Shown: positions 28,795-38,518 of the stretch, piece after piece
How positions within the stretch are numbered: the first letter of the stretch is position 1
How the letters are laid out: each line of letters begins with the position of its first letter
From: a virus
Virus record (IMG/VR): IMGVR_UViG_3300018080_000105
Span: 1 to 64,000 of that record
DNA length: 64,000 nucleotides
Direction: 5' to 3' (one strand)
Translations under genes and position numbers: made by a program
The notes under the pieces: generated by a model
What the model saw: the letters and a program-made list of their open reading frames with translations, nothing else
What the model was told of the DNA's origin: nothing
The model's database searches: none

Positions 28795-29724
28795 TCACGC
28801 GAAGTCCGCCCGCGCCAGGCCGCCAGAGTGGCCAATGGAGCCACCACAGGTTTCATAGCTGAAGAACTCCAGCATGTAGGCCTCGCGTCTCACGTACATC
28901 GTTGTATCCTCCAGAAGGTAGGATTTCCCGATGAACTTGGGGTCTGCGAACATGAACATCGTGTCATCTGGGACCAAGTCTCGCTTGATCGTGATGATCC
29001 ATCGCATGTTCATGAATTCGGTTTCAGCCCAGCCGTTCTTGACGACGTCCTGGCTGAAGTCACCACCCATTTCGTCACGACCGAACTTCTCGACTTCCTT
29101 GATCGTAACGTTGTTGATCAGTGCTGTGTGAGCTTCCAGATGGCTTGGCCCACGAGGCATGATCTTACGGGCGTCCTGCAACGTCTCACGAGTGATACCA
29201 CCGGAGATCGTTTCCCACTGCACAACGTTGCCGTTGTACGGTACAGGAGTGTCCGGGCCGATCATGGCCTGATTCACGGCAGACAGGAATTTGCTGTCTT
29301 CCTCTGCCAGCATATCCTTGATGGAGTTATCCGACAGAACCTGTCGAATGTCCATCACCCAGGTACGCAGCTCGTCAACGTCTTTGACGAAGCGAGGGGT
29401 AACGATGCGGTCGAACATCACGCGGTAGCGAGGACCACGGATGTACACGTTCGACGGCAGAGTTGCGAACGGGATAGAGATGGCTGCCGGTGAATCCGGT
29501 TCCTTGTCGACGATCTTCACTGGCTTGTCAGTGTCGTACTGACGGTCCAGTTCGTCGTTGCTGATTTGCAGCGGGGGAAGGATTCGACGGTAAACGCCAT
29601 CTTCCCGCATGGTTGTGCGGGTGAAGTCGTTGACCGCGTCGATAGCCTGTTTCTCCATTCCAGGAGTGTTGAGCTGCTCAAACAGTGTTTCGTTGAGCAT
29701 GTCGATTTCGGCACGAGTCGCCAT
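28795..29724 (-). CDS. Major capsid protein, HK97 fold (309 aa)
   Basis: Follows protease, scaffold and decoration genes; backbone-helix pattern RIVTPRFVKDVDELR...DIRQVLSDNSIKDMLAEEDSKFL; strong GGAGG RBS; EKQA at residues 24-27. Confidence 0.85.
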   Translation of the reverse strand: MATRAEIDMLNETLFEQLNTPGMEKQAIDAVNDFTRTTMREDGVYRRILPPLQISNDELDRQYDTDKPVKIVDKEPDSPAAISIPFATLPSNVYIRGPRYRVMFDRIVTPRFVKDVDELRTWVMDIRQVLSDNSIKDMLAEEDSKFLSAVNQAMIGPDTPVPYNGNVVQWETISGGITRETLQDARKIMPRGPSHLEAHTALINNVTIKEVEKFGRDEMGGDFSQDVVKNGWAETEFMNMRWIITIKRDLVPDDTMFMFADPKFIGKSYLLEDTTMYVRREAYMLEFFSYETCGGSIGHSGGLARADFA

Positions 29725-29784
29725 TGTATTTCCTCCGTGAAAGTCCCGCTGTGAAGCGGGGCGGATTAGTTTGAAACTACTTCA

Positions 29785-29812
29785 ACTAAGGGAGCCCGCA
29801 GGCTCCCTTAGT
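29785..29812 (-). other. 12 bp stem-loop upstream of the capsid gene, no U-tract
   Basis: ACTAAGGGAGCC-cgca-GGCTCCCTTAGT; likely an mRNA stabiliser or processing site. Confidence 0.6.
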
Positions 29813-29827
29813 GAAAGATCAGGTTAC

Positions 29828-30412
29828 CTACGCGGCAGCTGCCGGCAGGTAGACAGGCCAGAAGGCGAGAACGTCAACGCCGTGCTCGTTCTGGAACTGA
29901 CCGCGAGAGACAACGCCACAAGCAGCTTCCTGGTACTGACGAACAACACCAGAAGATCCACCGGCACCAGCGCGGTCGTTGGACAGAACTCCGCCAGTTG
30001 CCTGGACAGTGTTACTGGCCAGCGCCGTCAGAAGCTGGTTAGGCGCGTATGCAGTGTCCGGGGTCGTATCGAACTCGGTTGATTCGAGTTCGTACCCACC
30101 AGTGGCGACCAGCCCAGACATCGCACCGGTCGGAGCGATGGCCTGGTGCATGAAAGTACCAGAGCCGGTGGTTCCCGGGTTGCTGACGTCGTAGTCGGTA
30201 TCAGCCTGCAGAAGAAAGATTGGCATCGCCGCACCGGAGATACCCATTTCAAACTCGCCGCTGGAGTTCAGGTGAACAACGCGGCCACCGTAGGCTTCGA
30301 TGGTCACGGCTGAGGCGAGTTTGGCAACAAAGTCCAGAGCGGCAGGCTCGAACCATCCCTTGGGGTGGCTAAGTGCGTGCTCGAACATCAGAGAAGGAGA
30401 TGCGCCAGGCAT
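29828..30412 (-). CDS. Head decoration/cement protein (194 aa)
   Basis: Immediately upstream of the capsid gene; beta-tulip-like pattern (GRVVHLNSSGEFEMG...ELESTEFD...YAPNQLLT...CGVVS). Confidence 0.65.
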   Translation of the reverse strand: MPGASPSLMFEHALSHPKGWFEPAALDFVAKLASAVTIEAYGGRVVHLNSSGEFEMGISGAAMPIFLLQADTDYDVSNPGTTGSGTFMHQAIAPTGAMSGLVATGGYELESTEFDTTPDTAYAPNQLLTALASNTVQATGGVLSNDRAGAGGSSGVVRQYQEAACGVVSRGQFQNEHGVDVLAFWPVYLPAAAA

Positions 30413-30494
30413 AAGATTGAACCTCCATATTCAGTGAACTGCTCACCATGAGCAGAGGGTCGAAAACGTGTGTGACTGCTTCGTGCTGTGTCTA

Positions 30495-30956
30495 CTACTC
30501 GGTCGGCGGTTTGAGTCCCAGCCCTTTGAACAGGTTGACGCTCGACTGCTTTTCGCGAGTCGTTCGCTGACCAACAAAGGGAGTCGTAAGACTCGCACCG
30601 GGATCATGACTGGTGCCGGCAGCCGAAGCCTGCTTGACACCTGTACCGAGCTGTGATTCGTCTCGGTTGCGGTGACCCGCGGCCTTGATCAACAGTTCAA
30701 GGGCCTGGGCCGGATCTTTGAGCATTTCCGCACACTTCTCAGCCTGACTCGGCTGAATGCGTTCATGCTTCACAAGGGTCTCAACGACTTGCGGGATCAG
30801 GCTATCAACCTGGGCCTGCTTTTCGTTGGTTGCCTGCTCAGCCGCGGCGGCTTTTTGCAGGGCTGCATCAGTTAGACGGACGTGCTCGATTACACGTTCA
30901 GGCATTGTCATGCCGTCGGTGTCGATCGCAGCAGCGTTATCAGATGGAGTAGGCAT
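30495..30956 (-). CDS. Scaffold-like helical protein (~153 aa; start moved to MPTPSD)
   Basis: GGAGG RBS; QKAAAA, IKAAG, VKQASA. Confidence 0.65.
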   Translation of the reverse strand: MPTPSDNAAAIDTDGMTMPERVIEHVRLTDAALQKAAAAEQATNEKQAQVDSLIPQVVETLVKHERIQPSQAEKCAEMLKDPAQALELLIKAAGHRNRDESQLGTGVKQASAAGTSHDPGASLTTPFVGQRTTREKQSSVNLFKGLGLKPPTE

Positions 30957-31015
30957 CGTTTCGATTCCTCCGTGATTGCCTGTTTGAAACTGGGTCAAGC
31001 GGAAACCGCGTACGG

Positions 31016-32455
31016 CTACTTACCGTACGCCATCATCTCCTGAATGTGGCTTTTCAGATGGTTACGCAGCTGACGCTCCGTGGTGCCATCTTCGGCGGCC
31101 TTTTGCTCGTACTTGCCCTGGCGTTTGAAGTCCTGGACAGCCTGAGCGATTTTCATACCTTCGGTCATTTCCGGAGGAGCAGGTGCTCCACCTTCCATCG
31201 GAGGCATGTTGGCGTCCGGGCCGGCAAGACCAGCTGGAGCACCTTCCAGACCGCCACCTTCGAGAGGAGCTTCCGCGGGAGCACCGGCACCAGCCAGTTC
31301 TTCCAGAGGAATACCCAGTTCTTCCAGGGCAGCCACCAGCTGCATCAAAATCTCTTCCTGGGAAGCCCCGGCAAGTGGATCTCCACCGCCTTCGGCCAAC
31401 GGGTCACCGCCAGCCATGGGATCTTCACCGATAGCAGGAGCTGCTTCTCCGCCGCCTATCAGGCCGCCGAGATCACCACCGCCTCCGAGATCTTCCTCGC
31501 CGCCGCCCGCGGGGGCACCTTCTGCAGGAGCGGCCTCAGACTCCCCCGGCGTTTCTCCCCCGGCACCTTCAGCTTCGCTGGCGCCCGAAGTTACATCACC
31601 GGCTTCGTCATGGTCTTCACCGTCAGCAGCGTCAGCAGCCTGCTTGTTGAAGCCAGTCAGGTAGTTGCCGAGAAGCTCAGCATCCAGACGGGCATCTTCG
31701 AGCACGGCAGCAATCTCGTTGCCAACCAATTCCTGAGCAGCTTGCTTTTCGATGCCGAGCTGAGCCGCGAGCTGGTAACCAGCCGCCAGATCAGCGTCGA
31801 CTTCTTCGTTGCCACCTTCAGCAACAGCAGCCGCAGCTTTTTCAATCAACTGAGAAGTCTCAGTGATCTCGTTGGTGTCGGCAGCAGGAGCAGCGTCAGC
31901 CGCTTCCTTGGTTGCAGCTGGTGCGGGCTGTTCGGTCAGTTGATTTCCCTGACCGGTTGCCAGGTCCGCGAGGATCGAGTTTGCCAGCTTCGTATGAACT
32001 GACAAAGAATCCTGCAGACTCAGACTGGCATACTTGTGCCCGTCAAGCGAGTCGTTGTCGGTGCGAGCCGGGTGAGATGATCCAGGATCATCTTTGCCAC
32101 CCTTGTAGTCGTCCTCTGTCCCAGGGTCTTCCCCGGTGGCCGACTGGTTCGTGCCGATGTTCAGCTGGACATCGTCCTGCTGGCCAGGCTTAGCATCGGA
32201 AGCCTGATTGACTCCCGGAGCGCCCTGGTCTTTGTTGACATCGGCGGTGTGTTCGGATCCGCGAGAACCTTCCGACGCTTCCTGGCCGCGGTTGTCCACG
32301 TCCTTGGTCGCGTGAGTGGTTGCTCCCTGGTATCCACCGGGATCATCCGGCGTTGGGGTTTCTGCTGCTTTCTCAGCAGCAGCTTTTTCCTGGCCGTCGA
32401 TCGGCTGAACGAGTTTGTTCAGAGAATCAAACAGGCTTTGGGTCTGTGTACTCAT
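31016..32455 (-). CDS. Prohead scaffold/core protein (479 aa, acidic, low complexity)
   Basis: Between protease and capsid genes; largely disordered; at least nine K-x-A motifs. Confidence 0.7.
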   Translation of the reverse strand: MSTQTQSLFDSLNKLVQPIDGQEKAAAEKAAETPTPDDPGGYQGATTHATKDVDNRGQEASEGSRGSEHTADVNKDQGAPGVNQASDAKPGQQDDVQLNIGTNQSATGEDPGTEDDYKGGKDDPGSSHPARTDNDSLDGHKYASLSLQDSLSVHTKLANSILADLATGQGNQLTEQPAPAATKEAADAAPAADTNEITETSQLIEKAAAAVAEGGNEEVDADLAAGYQLAAQLGIEKQAAQELVGNEIAAVLEDARLDAELLGNYLTGFNKQAADAADGEDHDEAGDVTSGASEAEGAGGETPGESEAAPAEGAPAGGGEEDLGGGGDLGGLIGGGEAAPAIGEDPMAGGDPLAEGGGDPLAGASQEEILMQLVAALEELGIPLEELAGAGAPAEAPLEGGGLEGAPAGLAGPDANMPPMEGGAPAPPEMTEGMKIAQAVQDFKRQGKYEQKAAEDGTTERQLRNHLKSHIQEMMAYGK

Positions 32456-32499
32456 GAGTCTGTCAACTCCTTTTGACGCTGGAGCCTCCTGGCAAAGTC

Positions 32500-34008
32500 T
32501 TAGGCTGCGTAATTCTGCAGCAAGACCAGATCGGCTGTCAACGCTAAATCGGGTTTATGGGTAGGTTGTGCCCCGAGAAAACTCAGTTGGTACAGGGCAT
32601 ATTCTTCGGCCAGCTTACTCACATCACTGTTATCGGAAGCAACCTTCTCGTTCCCACTACGAAGAACAGGAGCTTCTTCCAGGTACAGTGCTGCTCGCGT
32701 CACTCGATCCTGCACGTGTGCCGGATGTAGTGAGAAGTGGCTGGCCAGCTTGGCTGCCCACGTCTCGAACCGGGGCGGTGCGACGGCAACTGACGGTGCG
32801 TAGTGACTTTTCTTCACTCGCGCCGGCAGATCTCCCTTCTCCAACATCCGTGTAAAGATCCCCGGGAGTTCCCGGGAAACCAACGCTGACACGGTCGCCG
32901 CTTTCTCGTGAGAGATATCGGTCGTGGCAGCGAGGAACGCGGACACTGGAAGGCAGATCTGCTGATCTGCCATTGCGCGCAGAGCGTACGCAAACTTATA
33001 GCGGAACTGTGGAGGCAGTTCCAAGTCAGCGTCCTGCACAGAGTCCCGAAACGCTAAGGCAGAAGTCGCCGACAGCGTATTCGGATCCTCGTGTATCTGG
33101 CTTTCTCGGGCGGCCAACAGGTAGGCCGTTTTGATCAGATGCTCGACTTCTTTGGGATAATCACCCTGCAGCATCATTTCGATTGGTTCCACAATGCCCA
33201 TCTGATGGGCCAGCTCGGCGCTCTTAATCACACGCCCATGAACGGCGGCGGATTTCTCCAGAGCGCCCATCACATAAGCGATGCGGTCAGCCGGCCGGTA
33301 GACGTTGCTGATATCGAAGAAGCTGGGTTGTGGGTTGTCAGCGTGCAGATGGTGGATACCGCCATCAATCTCGATCAGCGACCCAATGTTGTCGCGAAGC
33401 CCACCAGCTTTGCACATACCACCCTGGTAGGTCCCGGAACAATAATCAGCAGTAGTAGGAGCCACGTTCGCACAATACGAACAAACGTCGTGCGGAACGG
33501 AGCAGGCCATTGAGACAGCGATCTCTTTGTTCGCTGCCAGCTTTTCCATCTCACGATCAGCAATCAGCCCGCCGTTACGCCGGGCCGCGGCCTCGTTAGC
33601 GTTGAGAGCGACCAGCAGTTCGATCCGCTTCATGGGATCATGCCATGCAGATTTAACCACACGGCCGTAGCTCTTCTTGGGATCTTTGTTCTGATGGTTG
33701 CGATAGAAGCGAGCGAACTTCTCAAAGGTCGGGTGGTACTCGCGACAAACAGAAGCACGGAACCCATCACCGTTACGGTTCGGCCCGTAGAACTCCGTGG
33801 CGCCCATTGCCAACATGTGGACGAGCACCTCGTCGGACGCCACCTTCTCGCGGATACGATCAATGTCCCGGAGCAGGTCGTCAGAAGCGCGCTTCACGAA
33901 CGCATCACGGTCGCTGCCCGTTAGGCCGCGACCTGTGAGTTTGACTTCGCTTACCACGGGCTCGTCGTAATTGAGCGAGTCCGGAGTGACAACTTTGACG
34001 ATGCTCAT
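32500..34008 (-). CDS. Prohead maturation protease (HK97 gp4/S78-like fold) with Cys-rich insert and long C-terminal extension
   Basis: GPNRNGDGF, His in FYRNHQNKD...SYGRV, Ser in AVSMAC, closing FFDISNVYRPAD; CSVPHDVCSYC...C...C insert. Confidence 0.8.
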   Translation of the reverse strand: MSIVKVVTPDSLNYDEPVVSEVKLTGRGLTGSDRDAFVKRASDDLLRDIDRIREKVASDEVLVHMLAMGATEFYGPNRNGDGFRASVCREYHPTFEKFARFYRNHQNKDPKKSYGRVVKSAWHDPMKRIELLVALNANEAAARRNGGLIADREMEKLAANKEIAVSMACSVPHDVCSYCANVAPTTADYCSGTYQGGMCKAGGLRDNIGSLIEIDGGIHHLHADNPQPSFFDISNVYRPADRIAYVMGALEKSAAVHGRVIKSAELAHQMGIVEPIEMMLQGDYPKEVEHLIKTAYLLAARESQIHEDPNTLSATSALAFRDSVQDADLELPPQFRYKFAYALRAMADQQICLPVSAFLAATTDISHEKAATVSALVSRELPGIFTRMLEKGDLPARVKKSHYAPSVAVAPPRFETWAAKLASHFSLHPAHVQDRVTRAALYLEEAPVLRSGNEKVASDNSDVSKLAEEYALYQLSFLGAQPTHKPDLALTADLVLLQNYAA

Positions 34009-34019
34009 AGTTTCCCTCG

Positions 34020-35030
34020 CTAGTTCACGCCACTGCTGAGAGCCGTACCAGCGTTCCGGTAGGCGTTCGTCAGGTCGCGGCCAAACATATAGTTGCCGAG
34101 CAGGCCGACGCCTGCGCCCATAAGTCCGCCGCCAATTTTCCCGCCTATGCCGCCAAGTCGCGGGGTGTATCTACCCACACCTGTACGAGGCGCCAAATGT
34201 CCTGGCATCGCAGACGTACCAGCTCGCAATCGTTCCGCAACAATAGAATTCGGGCGTACGCGTTGCCGCAATGCCTTCCGCTCTGCTTGTGATTGTGAAC
34301 TGTAGCGGTCAAGGTCGCGCTGTGCCCTGTTCGGCAGCGCCGCTCGACGCTTTTGCTGTTGATCCCGAATATACTCTTGCTGAGCAAGCATGGTTTTCTG
34401 GTCACGCAAATTTTGCACGTTGCGAGCTTCTGCCGGATCCGGTTTATTGCCGAACAACTCTTCAACATTGTACTTGCCAACTGCCTGCCGAACTTTACGC
34501 GTATCATGCACGCGGTCAGCTACGTGCCCAGCCGCTGCGCCCGCCGCACCACCTGCCGCGGGCATCCCCCAATCAGTTGCCATCGCCAAATTACTTTCAG
34601 CAGTCGGCGACAATCCGGCCTCGTCTTGATAAGTCTCAGGCGTTATCTTATCGCCAGTACCCGCAGCGTCGAATCGACGCTGCACCGATTCAGGAGTCTC
34701 GATCCCTCCGTTATTGTACTTACGAGGTTGCTCACGAACCCCGGGAGCCTGTCGCTGATCCCACCAGTTCTTGCCAGCAGCACCAGACGCGCCAACGCCC
34801 GCACCCAGCAGCGAACCCAGGATCGCATTACGGAGCCATCGCTTTTTCTTACGCTTGCTCAGCGCACTTGCCAAGAGCCCGGTGCCAAGGCCGACACCGC
34901 CACCAATCAACGCAGAGCGACCCACATCGACCGCCTGCTTCTCATGGCCCACACTAAGCACAGCCTGGATTGCCACGAGACGTGACGCGTCATCAAGCGT
35001 CAGTATATTGGGGTCAAATGATTGAGGCAT
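34020..35030 (-). CDS. Glycine-zipper putative internal (ejection) protein (~336 aa; start moved to MPQSF)
   Basis: EKQAV followed by GGGVGLGTGLLASAL, GSLLGAGVGASGAAG and C-terminal GGIGGKIGGGLMGAGVGLLG; no Cys. Confidence 0.6.
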   Translation of the reverse strand: MPQSFDPNILTLDDASRLVAIQAVLSVGHEKQAVDVGRSALIGGGVGLGTGLLASALSKRKKKRWLRNAILGSLLGAGVGASGAAGKNWWDQRQAPGVREQPRKYNNGGIETPESVQRRFDAAGTGDKITPETYQDEAGLSPTAESNLAMATDWGMPAAGGAAGAAAGHVADRVHDTRKVRQAVGKYNVEELFGNKPDPAEARNVQNLRDQKTMLAQQEYIRDQQQKRRAALPNRAQRDLDRYSSQSQAERKALRQRVRPNSIVAERLRAGTSAMPGHLAPRTGVGRYTPRLGGIGGKIGGGLMGAGVGLLGNYMFGRDLTNAYRNAGTALSSGVN

Positions 35031-36402
35031 GTTGACTTCCTTGTGAGAGTGCTGCCTGATCACGAAGTTTCTTGTCGGCGTCAAGGATCTGATCCTGCTC
35101 GAATGTGTCGAGAGCGCCCTGCTGGAGCTTCTTCCGCAGAAGACTCTGTACCAGCATCCGCTGCCCGGCAATGTTCGGCGACAACTGCACCAGATCGTTG
35201 TATGCGTCGGTCACTTCCGGGGCATCGTAGCCAGAAATAACCTCGTCGTTCAACATGAGGTCCTGCAGAGTGGCTTGCGAATTGATTGCCCGCATCTGCG
35301 CCTCGTGCTCAGGATCGTGCAAACTAGCCAATGCCCCGCTCACCCGTTCATCTTCCGACGGCCCGCCCAGCTTCCCGAGACCTTCCGCAAGGTTAGTCGC
35401 GGCAGAGGCTCCGATCAGCGTCGTAAAGGGGTCCATCGACTGCTTTTCCCGCTCGTCAGATGATGAACCCAAGATCGAAGGGCTGACGAGGGGTTCCACG
35501 AAAGGGGCCAGGTCGTGCTCCTGATGGGCAGCCGCAGCCTTATTGGCTTCTGCCAGCTCGCCAGCAGCGATTCGGACATCTTCCGCAGCTTTCAGGACAC
35601 GGTTGACGATCGTGAATGGCGCCTCAGTGGCGTCCAGGTCATCGACAGTTACCGGAAAGGCGTGGCGGCCGGGACTCAGCACAGAGTGACCCAAGTGGTG
35701 GTCTGACAGCTTGGTCAGCCCCGGGTTGACGCTGATCAGCTCGTCCATGACCCGCTTGCCTTTGTTGCCGTGCATCAGCACAACTGCTTCCTTCACAACC
35801 GGAATCGGGTGAGCACCCGGCCGGCGGAAGTAGTCAGTCAGATCGTTGAACGCACTACCCAGTTCATCGAACGCACTGGCATGCTTGCGGCGAGCATCGT
35901 CACAAGCCCACTGCAGCCGCCGCTGTTCGTTGAGTACCGGTCGGAATTCGTTCTTCTCAGATGGCAGGTCTTCCGCCTTCTTGATCAGCATGTCACGAAG
36001 TTGCGACCACTCAGGCAATGATGCCTTCTTCATCAAGCGATGCCGCCGTTGCAGCATAGCTCGCGGACTATAGTTGTACTCCGAGGAGACCACCGTATCG
36101 ATCACAGAGGCTGAGGCCTCTTTGGTCTGTGGCGGGTACAGCGTGTGCTTGACCACTTGCAGGTCTGCCAGCGGGAACTCCGCGCGCTTCTGCAACAAGT
36201 CTTCATTGCTTTTCCGCTGGTGAGTCGTCTGGCCGACGTTGTACGCGTGCACAACCAGGTCGAGTTCTCCCGGGCGCAACTGCATCTCGCGAGCAACCTT
36301 GACGATTGCTTTGTTCGGATCTTCTCCGGCAAGCACGGCATCGGTGGTATGCGAAATCGCATCCATCATGCGTCGCTCTGTTTCCGGTGCGATCTTTTTC
36401 AT
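35014..36402 (-). CDS. Putative internal head protein (462 aa, helical)
   Basis: Multiple K-x-A sites (KKIAP, KEASA, KKASL, KKAED, KHASA, KAAAA); located in the head module. Confidence 0.6.
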   Translation of the reverse strand: MKKIAPETERRMMDAISHTTDAVLAGEDPNKAIVKVAREMQLRPGELDLVVHAYNVGQTTHQRKSNEDLLQKRAEFPLADLQVVKHTLYPPQTKEASASVIDTVVSSEYNYSPRAMLQRRHRLMKKASLPEWSQLRDMLIKKAEDLPSEKNEFRPVLNEQRRLQWACDDARRKHASAFDELGSAFNDLTDYFRRPGAHPIPVVKEAVVLMHGNKGKRVMDELISVNPGLTKLSDHHLGHSVLSPGRHAFPVTVDDLDATEAPFTIVNRVLKAAEDVRIAAGELAEANKAAAAHQEHDLAPFVEPLVSPSILGSSSDEREKQSMDPFTTLIGASAATNLAEGLGKLGGPSEDERVSGALASLHDPEHEAQMRAINSQATLQDLMLNDEVISGYDAPEVTDAYNDLVQLSPNIAGQRMLVQSLLRKKLQQGALDTFEQDQILDADKKLRDQAALSQGSQHASII

Positions 36403-36404
36403 GG

Positions 36405-37367
36405 TTACGCCTCCAGAATCTGGGTCGATTCAGTTTGTGGGAACTCCAACCGTCGTAATACCTCGGGCCGGATGATGTCCTTTCCAACGGACACACGCAT
36501 GGTTTCTTCGTACGTCAGTTCAGCTGCTGTAGTATTGAACTCGTGAGTCACGCTGAACAACTCTTCCTTCTTCCGTCCAATACTGAACGGCAACGTCGTC
36601 ATCATCGCATGGATGTGATCGAGTACCTGTTCCTGTGCTTTACCCGCACTGTCTGTGTTTCGTTCGACTTCAACAAACTTCGTGAACTGTTCCATCAACG
36701 CCAGTTGTGTACCCTGGTTGACGCTGACAGTTTTGGCTGCCAACGCTGCTTTCAGCTTCAGCGTACTGACCGCGTCGTCCAAAACACTGGCACCTACGGC
36801 ATCTGGTGTGCCACACCATACAGGATTTGCGAACTTACTCTCCAGAGCGTCTACGATGTAAGGCCCCAGAAAATATCCATACAGCTTCCAAAGCAGGTCG
36901 TGTTCTCGTTCTGACAAGCCCCGGTGAATCGCTGGCCCCATGACACAGTTCAGAATGTACGAGCGATGTTCCAGCTTCTCTTTGACGTTGAAAAACAAGG
37001 CTTCGTAAGCCGTGATCACCGCCGGGTCCATGTCGCAGCGGAACGCGATAGAGAAATCATCGGTCCGAGCCAGAAGGTGGGCTTCGATCAGGTGCTTCTG
37101 AACATTGGTCGCGGAACTCCAGGCAGTGTGCGCCCAGAAGATGTGAGGTCGTTTAGTAGCCAGGCGGGCCAGTGCGGCTTCGTCCTCAGACGCTCTCTGG
37201 TAGGCACGCAAAAACGATACGGCTTTATTGATCCACTTAAAGCCTTTGAGCCCGTCGCGCTTTCGAGAAGCACGCGGGCCGTCGCGATCGACAATCTCTA
37301 CCGCCCGTTGCCACATCCAGTCGGCGGGGCGGAAGGGATTGCTTGCCATAATGTGGAGAGCGGGCAT
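36405..37367 (-). CDS. Hypothetical protein (320 aa)
   Basis: Clean ORF tightly packed in the operon. Confidence 0.7.
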   Translation of the reverse strand: MPALHIMASNPFRPADWMWQRAVEIVDRDGPRASRKRDGLKGFKWINKAVSFLRAYQRASEDEAALARLATKRPHIFWAHTAWSSATNVQKHLIEAHLLARTDDFSIAFRCDMDPAVITAYEALFFNVKEKLEHRSYILNCVMGPAIHRGLSEREHDLLWKLYGYFLGPYIVDALESKFANPVWCGTPDAVGASVLDDAVSTLKLKAALAAKTVSVNQGTQLALMEQFTKFVEVERNTDSAGKAQEQVLDHIHAMMTTLPFSIGRKKEELFSVTHEFNTTAAELTYEETMRVSVGKDIIRPEVLRRLEFPQTESTQILEA

Positions 37368-37371
37368 GTGA

Positions 37372-37794
37372 TTATCCGTTCAATGCCGACGGTTCAATCA
37401 ACAGGCTGAGGCCGTAGGTTTCCGTCCCAGAACCTCCACTGTTGATACGCATCCACAGCCGCCGTACAGGGTTTGTCGGCGTGCCGTCTCTATTGATGTA
37501 AGGGTAGTCTACCGCCGCCCGGTACGCCCCGCTCGTAATGGACACTTGTCCATTCGTAATCGAGTGCGCTTCCGGGTCACCGCCTTCCGTGGCAGAATCG
37601 GCAGACGAGCCAGCTGTCGCCATCGCCGCTACTTCGGAATCATAGATCTCGAAGTTGCCGGCGTCGGTGCCAGAGAGCTGTTTCAAATTGATCTGTTTGA
37701 TCGTCCCACGATGCGGCACATCAAGTCGCACGATCTCTTCCTGTCCAGCCTCGACAGAAAACTGAACAGGGCCATAACCCCATTGGTTACTCAT
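37372..37794 (-). CDS. Small beta-rich putative virion protein (~140 aa; start moved to MSNQW)
   Basis: ATG overlaps the HNH stop; jelly-roll-like composition with a SSADS loop. Confidence 0.6.
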   Translation of the reverse strand: MSNQWGYGPVQFSVEAGQEEIVRLDVPHRGTIKQINLKQLSGTDAGNFEIYDSEVAAMATAGSSADSATEGGDPEAHSITNGQVSITSGAYRAAVDYPYINRDGTPTNPVRRLWMRINSGGSGTETYGLSLLIEPSALNG

Positions 37795-38518
37795 GGTCGG
37801 TTCCCCAAAAGATGTTGAATTCGTCAGCGGCCTGCGCGATCTTGATAGCCATCTCAGGCGGGAGTTCAGAAAGGTCTTTGGCGCCCTTCTGCGAGTTGCA
37901 GACACGGCACAATGTAACAGCGTTGCCTGGTCGAAGGCCGTGCCCCTTGGACAACGGCTTTACGTGGTCAGTACACAGACTACGCTGACTGTTACAGTTC
38001 ACGCAGGCCGGCTGCGACTCCCGGAGAGCCTGCTCCATTTCAAGAGTCCACGCGGCATCCAACTGCTGTTTCCTTTCCATCCTCTCGCGGACTTTCATAC
38101 GAGCATACGCAGGCGTCCTTGACTGTCCGTGCGTGCTATTAACCGCACTAGCCCGGCTCCGCTGATAGCACCCGCAGGACTGTGTGTGCCCGTTGCGGAG
38201 CTTGGCAGCCATCACGGCAATCTCACGACCACAGTCACAAAGACATGGCCAGAAATTATTTCCAGGAGCAGGCCGGCGAAGAATCATCAGCCGACCGTAA
38301 CGAGCACCTACTACGAGACGCGATGGCAAGTTGTCCAAGTGCTCTCTCAGAACACAACCACAAGACGTGATCTTGCCCTGCTGGAGGTCCCCAGACCTGA
38401 TCGACTTCTCATTACCGCAGGTACAAACGCATAACCAATACACGCCCTTCCGCGAGGTGTCTCGCTGAAGGACGGTCAGCCGTCCATATCTTCGTCCTGT
38501 GCGGTCAATGAGTTTCAT
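37787..38518 (-). mobile_element. Free-standing HNH homing endonuclease with duplicated N-terminal DNA-binding repeat
   Basis: Two GxRYGRLxx...WxCxCxCG...SCGC repeats; HNH core CVNC...TDHVKPLSKG...NAVTLCRVCNSQK. Confidence 0.88.
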
